In this document: positions 21,540 to 31,427 of the stretch, piece by piece
How positions within the stretch are numbered: position 1 is the stretch's first letter
Layout of the letters: each line of letters starts with the position of its first letter
NCBI RefSeq assembly: GCF_006345805.1
Contig: NW_021832324.1
Location: forward strand, 1-31,427
Length of the DNA stretch: 31,427 nucleotides
Direction of reading: 5' to 3'
From: Octopus sinensis
Taxonomy: Eukaryota
Notes under the pieces: generated by a model
Databases searched by the model: none
What the model was told of the DNA's origin: nothing
Seen by the model: only the letters and a program-made list of their open reading frames with translations
Program-made: the position numbers and the translations under genes

Positions 21540-21617
21540 GGCTTTGTGCCTTTAGCAGAAAGGATTATTTAAGGAAGCAAGCGAGTAGAACTGTTACAGC
21601 ACCAGGAAAAATAGTTA
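21540..21617 (+). repeat. Exact 78-bp duplicate of 20989-21066
   Basis: ggctttgtgcctttagcagaaagg...caccaggaaaaatagtta is identical at both sites. Confidence 0.92.
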
Positions 21618-22331
21618 TATATATATATGAAGAGTTGAGTTTTGCTACATTGTTGTTTCATTATATTCATTTATAGATGTATTGTTTCTAGTGTCCCTTT
21701 CCTAGCAATTAAAAAGAAACTTAAATTCATTTCAATTAAAAGAGAGTAATGAATGTCTGACATCACTGCAGGATTTTTTTGCAGACACAACTGTCAGCAA
21801 ATGGACCCCTTTTCATTTATCTTGGTTAATATTTTTATTAAAAAAATTTTTTTTTTTTATGCTCGTGAGAATGCTCTGACCATGTGCAAAGAATTGTGTT
21901 GGGAGATGATATTGACTAAATAATTTCAAGATGGTACCCCAGCATGACTGCAATCTAACGCAATTTGAAGACTTAATTCTATTAGATAGGGATTATTGTT
22001 TTTGCTCTACGTAATACTTTTTAAAATAATTTACTTGTTTTGTTGTTTTATTACATTTTTATGAATGCGAAGAAAGGCTATTTGTTTACATATGTAATTC
22101 AAACAGAAGATGACATTTAAAACAGAAGCAAATCTCGTAATATTAAACATTATAATTTATGTTTAATATACAAATAAACTTTATAATTTAAAATTTTTTC
22201 ACTATTCATATATATAATTTCTTCAAAGTAATATGACTTTTAATAACATGGGGAAAAAAACTGGACACAGTCCTACACTTCTTCAATCATTATAATATAG
22301 ATTATTATTATTGTTGTTGTTATTTAAACAG

Positions 22332-22476
22332 TTGGAACTTGTTGCAATGGATAACCCACAAGATTTGAAAAAGCAGCTTTTTGTAGAGTTTGATGGTGAA
22401 CAGGGTGTAGATGAAGGTGGCGTATCGAAAGAGTTCTTTCAGTTGGTAGTTGAAGATATTTTTAATCCAGACTTTG
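22332..22476 (+). CDS. UBE3A: UBE3A coding exon, start of HECT domain (145 bp)
   Basis: [49 protein letters not shown]. Acceptor acAG 22330-22331; donor GTaagt 22477; phases 0 and 1. Confidence 0.97.
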
Positions 22477-22856
22477 GTAAGTTCAACACTGTTGGCTTTG
22501 TGTGTTTGTGTGGTATTTATAAGAATTTGTGTATGAACAACTGTTAGTATGTGCAACTGCCTGAGTGCTGATATGTATAAATGTGCCTATGTTTATGAGT
22601 AAATATGTATAAATTGTATGTTTGCATACGTTTGTTGCTTGGTGGGTAAACTGAGTTTATGCATACATACATGTGCTTGTATATGTGGGAATTTTATTTG
22701 ATGCTAATTTAAATTTGTATGCATGTCTTTGCATGTGTTGTGAGCACATACATATGTATGTGTGTATGTATACATGTGTGTTTCAGTTGATGTTAATTTG
22801 AATTTGTGACATTTCAAAAATATTTTTATCAGTAAGATTCATGATTGTCATTGCAG

Positions 22857-23062
22857 GAATGTTCACATACAAAGAAGAAACTGGCCAATATTGGTTCAAT
22901 CCCAGCTCACTGGAGAATGATGGCCAATTCACATTGATAGGTATCGTGCTTGGTCTCGCAATATATAACAGTGCTATCCTGGACATTCACTTCCCAATGG
23001 TGGTTTACCGAAAGTTGATGGGCAAGAAAGGCACTTTTACAGATTTAAAAGACGTTGACCCA
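22857..23062 (+). CDS. UBE3A: UBE3A coding exon, HECT N-lobe (206 bp)
   Basis: [69 protein letters not shown]. Acceptor tgcAG 22855-22856; donor GTaaga 23063; phases 1 and 0. Confidence 0.97.
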
Positions 23063-23272
23063 GTAAGACCTATATTTACTGTTATAAACACCAACTTTCT
23101 AACTCCTGTTCTTGTTGATTTTTGATAACACTAGTATACTCTATATAGTTTGTTTGTTTTTATTTTGGACAGTGTGATGGCAAAAGTGATAACCTGCCAA
23201 ACTAAATATCTTGTGGCATTTAGTTATGCCCTTTGACCTTTTGCTTTAAATTCATCCAAATTCAACTTTTAA

Positions 23273-23491
23273 CCATTTCAGCAATTAAACCAGCCTTATC
23301 TGGCCCAAATATTCTATCTGGCAGATTAGTTCAAACCTGCCAGATTAGTCTTCTCACACCTACCCTACAATGTCATATTCTAAAAACAAACAATCATATT
23401 ATTGAAATCTCAAAGCTATGAAATAATATGATTAATTCAAAACAATGTGGATAAATAAGCATTACATTTGGCAGAGTAATCTGAACGCTAA
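23273..23491. mobile_element. piggyBac-type MITE, inverted relative to 5342-5558
   Basis: ttaa|ccatttcagcaattaaaccagcc..tctcacacctaccctacaatgtca..gagtaatctgaacgctaa. Confidence 0.78.
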
Positions 23492-23910
23492 TCACAGCCT
23501 ATAAAATTCTAGTTATGCACTGGGTTTTTTCTTTTTTTCTTTTTAATTGATTAACCCTAAATTTCTGGCTTTGTGACTCTGTTAGAAATTGCAAATTGGG
23601 GCAGTGGAATAGCAGCAGCTGTAGAGCACCAGACTAAATATGCAAAGTCTTCAGGTAGATTTGCTTACATCTATCAGCTCAGGGCGTTAATGTTCTGTTG
23701 AAACTTGCAGGTCAAGATCTGCAGTAAAGAATGAGTGTCTGTGCAACTCAAACAGAATAATTGATACAAAGTAATTTTGTTCAGTGCACCAATTTATCAA
23801 GTTTCTCACCAGTGCGTTATTCATTTATTGATGTACACACACATATAATCACTATCATCGCCACCATCATCCTCATCAACTTCATCATCACCATTATTAT
23901 TATTATTATT

Positions 23911-24045
23911 TGGCGTTAGGAAGGGCATCCAACCGTAGAAACATTGCCAGATCAGACTGGGCCTGGTGAAGCCTTCTGGCTTCCCAGACCCCAGTTGAAC
24001 CGTCCAACCCATGCTAGCAGGGAAAGCAAATGATGAACAATGATG
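23911..24045 (+). mobile_element. 5'-truncated family C retroposon
   Basis: tggcgttaggaagggcatcc..gccagatcagactgg..ccaacccatgctagca with a degenerate (GAT) tail. Confidence 0.82.
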
Positions 24046-24713
24046 AGAGAGCAGTGAATGCCATCAAAGTGACACTGGAGTAAAATATATGAAGTATCAT
24101 TTAACCATCATGACTACTCGTTTGATAAGGGTATGCTAGGCACATGAATCACAACCATATGTATGCAACCTGGTGATCTCGTATCAAGATAAACAGCGCA
24201 TGACCTTGCAGGTGGGGCCCAGTTAGAATTTTCTTCAGGTTGAGTAGCCCATCCCATTCAAAAGGTTCCTGAATAAGGTTTGTTTAAGGATGTTGAATGA
24301 AACGCCGATATTTCCAAAGGTGAATTATTCAAACCCCACAGAATTCCTCTCAACACATGGCTTTGATGCTTTTCCTCTATTTCTGCTCGTGATCAGAGAT
24401 GCACATATTGTCAGCCACCATGGGACATGCTCAACTGATTATGGTCAAACAACTGACAAGCAAATCTGCGAAAACATTGCCAGATTAGACTGGAGCCTGG
24501 TGCAGCCTTCTGGCTTCCCAGAACCCCGGTCGAACCGTCCAACCCATGCTAGCATGGAGAACAGACGTTAAACGATGATGATGATGATGATGATGAGCAG
24601 AATATTTGCTGTTGCCCATTTTTTACACCAAGACAAAACATGTACAAGATAACTCTTCTAATCAGTTAAGATCAGAAGCTATGAGGGCCACTGCCTGGTA
24701 CTGCATCAGGGCT
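24046..24713 (-). mobile_element. ~520-bp interspersed element family E, interrupted by a family C copy at 24470-24596
   Basis: Collinear with the reverse complement of 29682-30207 on both sides of the insert; a further fragment lies at 26235-26350. Confidence 0.8.
24470..24596 (+). mobile_element. 5'-truncated young family C retroposon
   Basis: gaaaacattgccagattagactggagcctgg..gacgttaaac(gat)n. Confidence 0.85.
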
Positions 24714-25072
24714 TTCGTCTGTCCTTACATTCTGAGTTCAAATTTCACCGAAGTTAACTTTACTTTTCATCCTTTTGGGGTCAATGAAATAAGTACCAGT
24801 TACACATTGGTGTTGATGTAGTCGACTATCCTCCTTCCCCAAATTTCAGCCCTTGTTCCTATAGTTGAAGAGATTATTATTGGCAGAAGTGTTAGCACAC
24901 CAGATGAAATGCTGCCAAGCATTAAGCATTTCATCCATCTCCACATTCTGAATTCAGATTCCACCGGGGTTGACTTTCAGGGTCAATAAAATAATTACCA
25001 GTGGAACACTGGAGTCGATGTACTCAATTCGCCCCTTCCCCCAAAATTGCTGGTCTTGTGCCAAAATTTGAA
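24714..25072 (+). mobile_element. Two SINE family B copies
   Basis: ttctgagttcaaatt..ttttcatccttttggggtcaat..cccaaattt blocks occur twice. Confidence 0.75.
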
Positions 25073-25727
25073 ATCTTTGTTCCATGCTGGTATGGACTGG
25101 ATAGTTTGACAGTATCCAATGGATCCAAGAACAGCATCCTGCCCCAATGTCTGCTTTGGCATGGTCTCTCTCTTGGTTGGCTAGATGCCCTTCATAATGT
25201 CAATAATTTTGTAGTGTGTACTGGATGCTTTTTTTCATACTGGCATGGGTTAGATGAAATTGTTTTGGCAAATTTTTTTTTACAACCCGATTGCTTTTCT
25301 TGTCATCGACCTTAAACTTGTTTTCCAAGTAAAGTATTTTTATTCTAGTAGCCTTCATGTGATGAAAGCTGTAATTATGATCTATTTGCTTACTAACAAA
25401 TGTAAATAAGAACACTGTTTTTGCTCAAGTGTTGTCATTGAGGACACATGGAAATGAGTCTCCCACACACACAGACACACTGGTCTTCTGCATGGTTTCC
25501 ATTGGCCAAATGTCCCTCACAAAATATTGGTCAAATCAAGTTTATGGTAAAAAGCATTTGTCTGAGGTACTTTGCTGTGGGATTGAACTTGAAACCACAT
25601 GGTTGTAAAACTAACCTCCTAAACACACACCCATACCTGTGCCCATGTATAAAAGGGAAGAAAAGTTAGTTTCAGTTGACGGATTCTTGCGTGGTTTGTT
25701 GTAATACTTTTCTTTCTTTTGTTACAG

Positions 25728-25892
25728 ATACTTGCACGAAGCTTACAGGATCTTCTACTATATGATGGAGAGGTAGAAAAAGAGTTTCTGCAGACATTTT
25801 GCATCTCGTACAGGGATGTATTTGGTAATGTGATCACACAAAATCTCAAAGAAAACGGAGATCAAATTCCAGTAACAAATGCTAATAAACGG
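25728..25892 (+). CDS. UBE3A: UBE3A coding exon, HECT N-lobe (165 bp)
   Basis: ILARSLQDLLLYDGEVEKEFLQTFCISYRDVFGNVITQNLKENGDQIPVTNANKR. Acceptor tacAG 25726-25727; donor GTaagt 25893; phase 0/0. Confidence 0.96.
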
Positions 25893-25994
25893 GTAAGTCT
25901 CTTCTGTGATTCTAGATGTAGGGTTGCCAGTTTGAAATGACATGTCTTTGAATGAAATAATAAGAGAGGAAGACAAGACAAATGGAAAGGAAGC

Positions 25995-26232
25995 ACATGT
26001 ACATGTGAAAGCATGCATGTGTATGTATGTATTACATGACTATATATAAATCTACCTGTTGTGTGTAGATATATGAACATGCATGTGAAAGCATGTTTAT
26101 ATGTGTATACATGCATTTGTGTAGATATATGAACATGGATGTAATCACAGTGAAGATGCACATGAGAACATGCATGTTTATATGTGTATACATGTGTGTA
26201 GATATATGAACATGGATGTAATCACATGAACT
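25995..26232. repeat. Degenerate minisatellite (gtgtagatatatgaacatg x3; gcatgtttatatgtgtatacatg x2)
   Basis: Direct repeats visible in the sequence. Confidence 0.8.
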
Positions 26233-26720
26233 TGCATGGTAACCTCATATCAAGATGAACAGCGCATGACCTTGCAGGTTGGGCCCAGTTAGTATTTTCT
26301 TCATGTCAAATAGCCCATCTTACTCAAAAGGTCCCTAAATATAGTTTGTTTATATGGAAATATTACACTTGTATGATTATACATATTCCCAAATATAACA
26401 TTCTATTTTTCCATGCTTGCATGGGTGAGACGGAATTCGTTGAGGCATATTTCCCCACAGCCAGATGCCCTTCCTGTTCTCAGCCCCTGCCTGTTTTAAA
26501 GCAAAGTATCTTTACTCTTGGACAGACTTACTTCCATAGAAAGTTAGAAACAAGCAATGACAGTGATACTCATTTATAACTATTGTGCAGTGTTGAGTCA
26601 AGGAGATACACACATGCATGCATATTTACAAGCTTCTTTCAGTTTCTGTCTACTCACAAGAGCTTAACTAGAAGACACTTGCCCAAGGTGCCACACAATG
26701 GGATTGAACCTGAAACCTGA

Positions 26721-27254
26721 ATTGTTAGAAAGGATCACAAAAATACAACTCCCAAAATTACTCCTGTGTTTAATGACCACCTCGAGAACCCAGTTTCCAC
26801 AAAAACTGTTCGCCGGGAGCTGCACAAAGCTGGATTTCATGGGAGGGCTGCAATCAGAAAACTACTACTTTCGAAAACAAACATTGCAAAGCGTTTAGGG
26901 TGGAGTAAAAACCTACAGAATTAGTCACTAGAGCAGTGGAAGAATGTTATTTTTTCGGATGAGTCATCCATTACCTTATTTCTGACCACTGGCTGAGTAT
27001 ACGTGTAGAGACAGCCAAAAGAAGCATTTGACCCAGACTCCATTCTTCCAACTGTTAAAGAAGGAGGAGGAGGATCTGTGATGATCTGGGTGGTGGGGCT
27101 ATATCTTGGAAATCCACCAGCCCAATGGTTTCCCTTCATGACAGAATTAACAGCCAAGACTTTAAGCATTTTATCTGATCAAATTCATCCTATGGTTGCA
27201 GAACTGTTTCTGGAGGGAAATGCAATCTTTCGGGATAATGAACCAATTCACACG
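26721..27254 (+). pseudogene. Tc1/mariner (Tc1-like) transposase relic
   Basis: Translates VSTKTVRRELHKAGFHGRAAIRK.LLS..NIAKRLGW..EQWKNVIFSDES..LPTVKEGGGGSVMIW..AIFRDNEPIHT, covering the HTH and the first two catalytic Asp motifs; several stops and frameshifts; no TIRs found. Confidence 0.92.
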
Positions 27255-27477
27255 TGTGCATACAATAAGTGCAAGGTGCAGAATATGCCATTTGTTCCCT
27301 ATGCATGTTTCACTGTTGTGGCTATTTGCATCCTCTGTAGTGGGTATTTATTGTGTATTTAGTCATATTCACAACAATTCTTCAGTGGAACACTTCATTA
27401 CATCTATGATTGCAAAGAAGTATTGGAGTTTTAAATTCACCAGTAGCTGTCATACATGTAATTGTACACACAGGAAC

Positions 27478-27889
27478 TACTGTGAGTGTATGTGTGAAGC
27501 TTGGCTCCCAACCACATGGTTCCAGGTTCAATCCCACTGCATGGTACATTGGACAAGTGCCTTCTAATATATATTTCTTTACTACCCACAAGGGGCTAAA
27601 CACAGAGGGAACAAGGACAGACAAACGGATTAAGTCGATTACATCGACCCCAGTGCGTAACTGGTACTTAATTTATCGACCTCGAAAAGATGAAAGGCAA
27701 AGTTGACCTTAGCGGAATTTGAACTCATAACGTAACGGCAGGCGAAATACCGCTAAGCATTTCGCCCGGCGTGCTAACGTTTCTGCCAGCTCGCCGCCTT
27801 TATATAGCCTTGGGCTGACCAAAGCCTTTTGGGCAGATTTGATAGACTGAAACTGAAAGAACCCTGTCATATGTATGAAGGTATTTAGC

Positions 27890-27923
<34 letters not shown>

Positions 27924-27992
27924 AAGTACTGAGATTAATTTGTTTGACTAAACTTTTTAAGGTGGTGCCCCAACATAGCCATGGTCCAATGC
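27478..27992 (+). mobile_element. SINE family A split by a family B insertion
   Basis: ccaaccacatggttccaggttcaatcccactgc..cttctaatat|insert|tatagcc..gaccaaagcc..gaaactgaaagaa, (TG)n, tail ggtggtgccccaacatagcc. Confidence 0.75.
27572..27798 (-). mobile_element. Young SINE family B, full length
   Basis: CpG-rich reverse complement of 12759-12992, flanked by tatat on both sides. Confidence 0.9.
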
Positions 27993-28652
27993 ATCATCAT
28001 GTGTTTAAAAATACCTTCTTGTGTGTGTGTTAGCATATTTATGTGAGTATTGCAATTCAGCTTGTGCATATCTACATTTAAGAATCCTCATCATTGTCAT
28101 TTAACATCCATTTTTCTATACTCGCAGGAGTATAGACAGAAGACCAGCCACAGAGCTGCATCAGGCCCCAATAGCAGTTTCAGCATAGTGTCTGTGGTTG
28201 GATGTCCTTCAATATGACAACCACTTTACAGTGTGTACTGGATGCCTTTTTTTTCTTTTTTCATGTCACCACTCCTGTTGAGGTTGCTAAGTTACTTGCA
28301 AGACAAAATGGTCACCAAACTGTATGCATCTAAAGTGAGTGAAAGAGAGAGAGAGAGGTGGGGGAGTAAATAATGTGTATTTATATTTCTGTTAGCATTT
28401 CTCTTACAGTCTTAATCAGGTTCTTTCAAAAGATACTGCATCTCAACTATCACATGTCCTTTGTAAAGTCAGACTGTATATGTCTGTGTGTATGCATTCA
28501 TTGGAAATATTTTTTTTGTTTTACTAAATTAATTTGGCAGATAGATGACAGATTTGCTGGAGTGTTGCAGTTGTTAGATTTTGTATTGAAATTCCTCTCA
28601 GGTTCTCTTTACCTGTTGTCATTCAGGGTTTGATGTAATCAATTACACTTTT

Positions 28653-28964
28653 GGTGATGCTCCAGCAAGGCCATAGTCCAATGACTAAAACCAGTAAAGA
28701 GAACATAATTATCAAAGAAGGCCAGTTTTTGGTTTTGTTCTAAACAAAATTCATTTTTCTGTTACTACATACATCAATAGTTTCTAAAGAAAGCAGCTTT
28801 GTTTTCAGGTAATGCTCCAGCTAGGCCACAGTCCAATGACTAAAACCAGTACAAAGAAGCTAATTATCAAAAAATGCCAGATTTGGTTTCGTTCTAAAAG
28901 AATTTTTTTGTTTGTTTGTTACTAGATATATCAAGTTTCTGAAGAAAACAAATTTTGTTTTCAG
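28653..28964 (+). repeat. Diverged tandem duplication, about 155-bp unit
   Basis: Units start at 28653 and 28808 (ggt.atgctccagc.aggcca.agtccaatgactaaaaccagta) and both end tttgttttcag. Confidence 0.88.
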
Positions 28965-28998
28965 TAATAATAATAATGGAGTCTAAATTTGTTTCTAG

Positions 28999-29154
28999 GA
29001 ATATGTGAATTTGTATGCTGATTACTTGCTGAACCGGTCTGTCGAAAGACAATTCCGTGCCTTTAAGTGCGGATTCCGGATGGTTACAAATGAGAGCCCT
29101 CTACATGCTTTGTTTCGTCCAGAAGAGGTAGAGCTATTGGTATGCGGCAGCAAG
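28999..29154 (+). CDS. UBE3A: UBE3A coding exon, HECT N-lobe end/hinge (156 bp)
   Basis: [52 protein letters not shown]. Acceptor tctAG 28997-28998; donor GTgagt 29155; phase 0/0. Confidence 0.96.
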
Positions 29155-29350
29155 GTGAGTCAATACAATTCTGGCATTCTTTTTTGTATTATTTGTAAAT
29201 AGTAGTCACAGAAAAAGCTCACCATACAATCCCGACTGACAATGAGCAGAAAGTATTTTTCAGGAGCTTTTTAAATTTTCCATTATATTGAATTATGTTA
29301 ATATAAAAGCTGAAATGTGTAGCTAAAATGTATTATAAAGAGAGAAGAAA

Positions 29351-29656
29351 TCATCATCGTTTAACGTCCGTTCTCCATGCTAGCATGGGTTGGACGGTTC
29401 GACCAGGGATCTGGGAAGCCAGAAGGCTGCACCAGGCTCCAGTCTGATCTGGCAGTGTTTCTACAGCTGGATGCCCTTCCTAACGCCAACCACTCCGTGA
29501 GTGTAGTGGGTGCTTTTTACGTGCCACCTGCACAGGTGCCAGGCGAGGCTGGCAACGGCCACGATCGGACTGGTGCATTTTACGTGCCACCGGCACGAAA
29601 GCCAGTCTAGGCAGCGCTGGCATCAGCCATGTTCAGATGGTGCTTTTACGTGCCAT
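29351..29656 (-). mobile_element. Young retroposon family C
   Basis: catcatcgtttaacgtccg..ctggatgcccttcctaacgccaaccactcc..three ggtgc.ttttacgtgcca subunits. Confidence 0.88.
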
Positions 29657-29681
29657 CGTCTCAGGGAATAATAATAAATGA

Positions 29682-30226
29682 CTTGATGCAATATCAGGCA
29701 GTGACTCTTGTGGCTTTTGATCTTAACTGATTGGAAGTGTTGTCCTGTACATGTTTTGTCTTGGTGTAAAAAGACGGGCTTCTGCAAATATTCTCCTTAA
29801 TACCACAGATTTGCTTGTCAGTTGTTTGACCATAACCAGTTGAGAATGAACCTTAGTGGTTGATATGTGCATCTCTGATCACAAGCAGAAGTCGTGCTGA
29901 GAGGAATTCTTTGTGGTTTGAATAATTCACTCCTAGAAACATGAGTGTTTCATTTATCATTCTTGAACATCTCTTATTCAGGGACCTTTTGAGCAGGATG
30001 GTCTATTCGATCTGAAGAAAATTCTAACTGGGCCCCACCTGCAAGCTCAGGTGCTGTTTATCTCAATATGAGATCACCATGTCATACACATGTAGTTGTG
30101 GTGCATGTACGTGGTGTACCCTTCTCAGACAGGTAGTCATGATGGGTATATTGGGCTTCATATATTTGTACCCCAGTGTCACTTTGATGGCATGCATTAC
30201 TCTCCCACTGAATAATAATAATAATG
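29682..30226 (+). mobile_element. Interspersed element family E with (AAT)n 3' tail (possibly Dong/R4-type non-LTR end)
   Basis: Inverted copy at 24046-24713; flanked by (AAT)n on both sides. The clade assignment is inference from the TAA-repeat target only. Confidence 0.7.
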
Positions 30227-30487
30227 ATTTGAAGTGGGGAAATAAAAAAGACCAGTCATTGAAAAAAGGTCAATGTTACAGCTGTTGTTGTTGAAGCCTT
30301 GGGTACTGTTAGTACCAAGCTCAGAAACTGGTCACTTTTACATGGCGCCGCATTAATGTTTTTACTTGGCACTGCACAGGTGCTCATGTGGTGCTGCATA
30401 GGTGCTTTTACATGTCGCCGTGGATTTTAAATGAGATAATGTGTATGTATATATATATATATATATTATATATATATATTATATATA

Positions 30488-31427
30488 TTTACTCTTTTAC
30501 TCTTTTACTTGTTTCAGCCATCCGGCTAAGGCCATGCTGGGCACCGCCCTTGTTGCTACCCTCTCTAAGTCCAGTTTGCCATGGCTGGCCACTGATCTAA
30601 GAGAGAGTTTGTAGCTGCTGCCCTTAGGTTACCTTCGTACCTTGCAGTGGGTTCATCTGGGATCCCGGAAAGCAGCTTGTCTAGATGTTTTTTGAAAATG
30701 TCCACATCCGTATCATGTAGATCTCTTAGTTTTTTTGGCAGTTTGTTGAACAGCTGAGGGCCCCTGAACCCCAGGCTATTACAGTATTCTGCTCCTTACC
30801 TGGATGTGGAAGACGGGACCTTTGGCACCACACAGTGACGTCCTGTACGGGGATTGGAACAGCTCTCAATTCCAAAATTTGGCTAGTCCCTCCAGGATTT
30901 TCCATATGTATATCACTGCATATCTCTTCGTCTTCGTTCCAAGGAGTACAAATTGAGTTCCCTAAGCCTCTCCCAATAGTTCTTTTCTTTCATGGTGGAA
31001 ATCCTCTTGGTGAAATGTCTTTGGATTGTCTCAAGCTCTGTGGTTAGTTTGACACTATGCGGTGACCACAGTTGGGAGCAGTAGTCCAGGCGGCTTAGGA
31101 CAAATGTCCTCCATAGTGTCAACATGGTCTCGCAGTCTCTTGTCCGGAATGTCCTCAGGATCCAGCCAGTGAGTCGTCTGCACATTGTCGCCACCTTCGC
31201 GATGTGTGACGAAAAAGATGCATCGTCACTCATGTCTATCCCCAGGTCCCGTATTGATTTCGATACTGGGATTTCGATCCCTCCTGGACCAGAATAGTTG
31301 TGTTGTAATGTATATGTGTTTACAGCTTGATATTGTAAGGCTTGAAATTTACCAGCATTAAATTGCATGTTGTTGTCTTCAGCCCATTTGTATATGGCAT
31401 CCAGATCTTGTTGTAAAAGGTCAGCAT
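30488..31427 (-). mobile_element. 3' end of a CR1/L2-group LINE (RT C-terminus pseudogene and tail); continues beyond the window
   Basis: LQQDLDAIYKWAEDNNMQFNAGKF..IRDLGI..SRLDYCSQLWSP..LETIQRHFTK..YWERLRELNLYSLERRR, frameshift near 30928, then YAVIYIWKILEG..NSLGFRGPQLFNKLP..IPDEP..RAAATNSL; tail (GTAAAAGA)n. Confidence 0.93.

Noticed and set aside
29155-31427. Remaining UBE3A exons with the catalytic Cys
   Set aside because: No HECT C-lobe motifs (for example RLPTSHTCFN) were found; the region is filled by repeats, so the gene continues beyond the window.

Overview
Eukaryotic, AT-rich, microsatellite-dense genomic DNA. It is most likely from an octopus or other coleoid cephalopod, inferred from the style of the repeat families and not verified. 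The window holds six + strand coding exons of a UBE3A/E6-AP-type HECT E3 ubiquitin ligase: 9002-9459, 14080-15317, 22332-22476, 22857-23062, 25728-25892 and 28999-29154. All have canonical AG/GT boundaries and compatible phases. The start codon was not located, and the last exons, including the catalytic Cys, lie beyond the window. The introns are packed with mobile DNA: several SINE families, four hAT-type MITEs with 8-bp TSDs, TTAA-flanked piggyBac-type MITEs (including a triple nest with a transposase relic), a 716-bp foldback element, a Tc1 transposase relic and the 3' end of a CR1/L2-group LINE. Nearly all short ORFs in the track are repeat-derived noise. I cannot demonstrate a new biological system from sequence alone. 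The best leads are a hammerhead-ribozyme-like core inside a small SINE/Penelope-like element just downstream of the AZUL exon, the foldback palindrome carrying TTAGGG repeats, a LINE/SINE pair sharing a 3' tail, inverted repeats bracketing frame-preserving exon pairs, and a pre-miRNA-sized hairpin. Repeat boundaries without TSD support are approximate.
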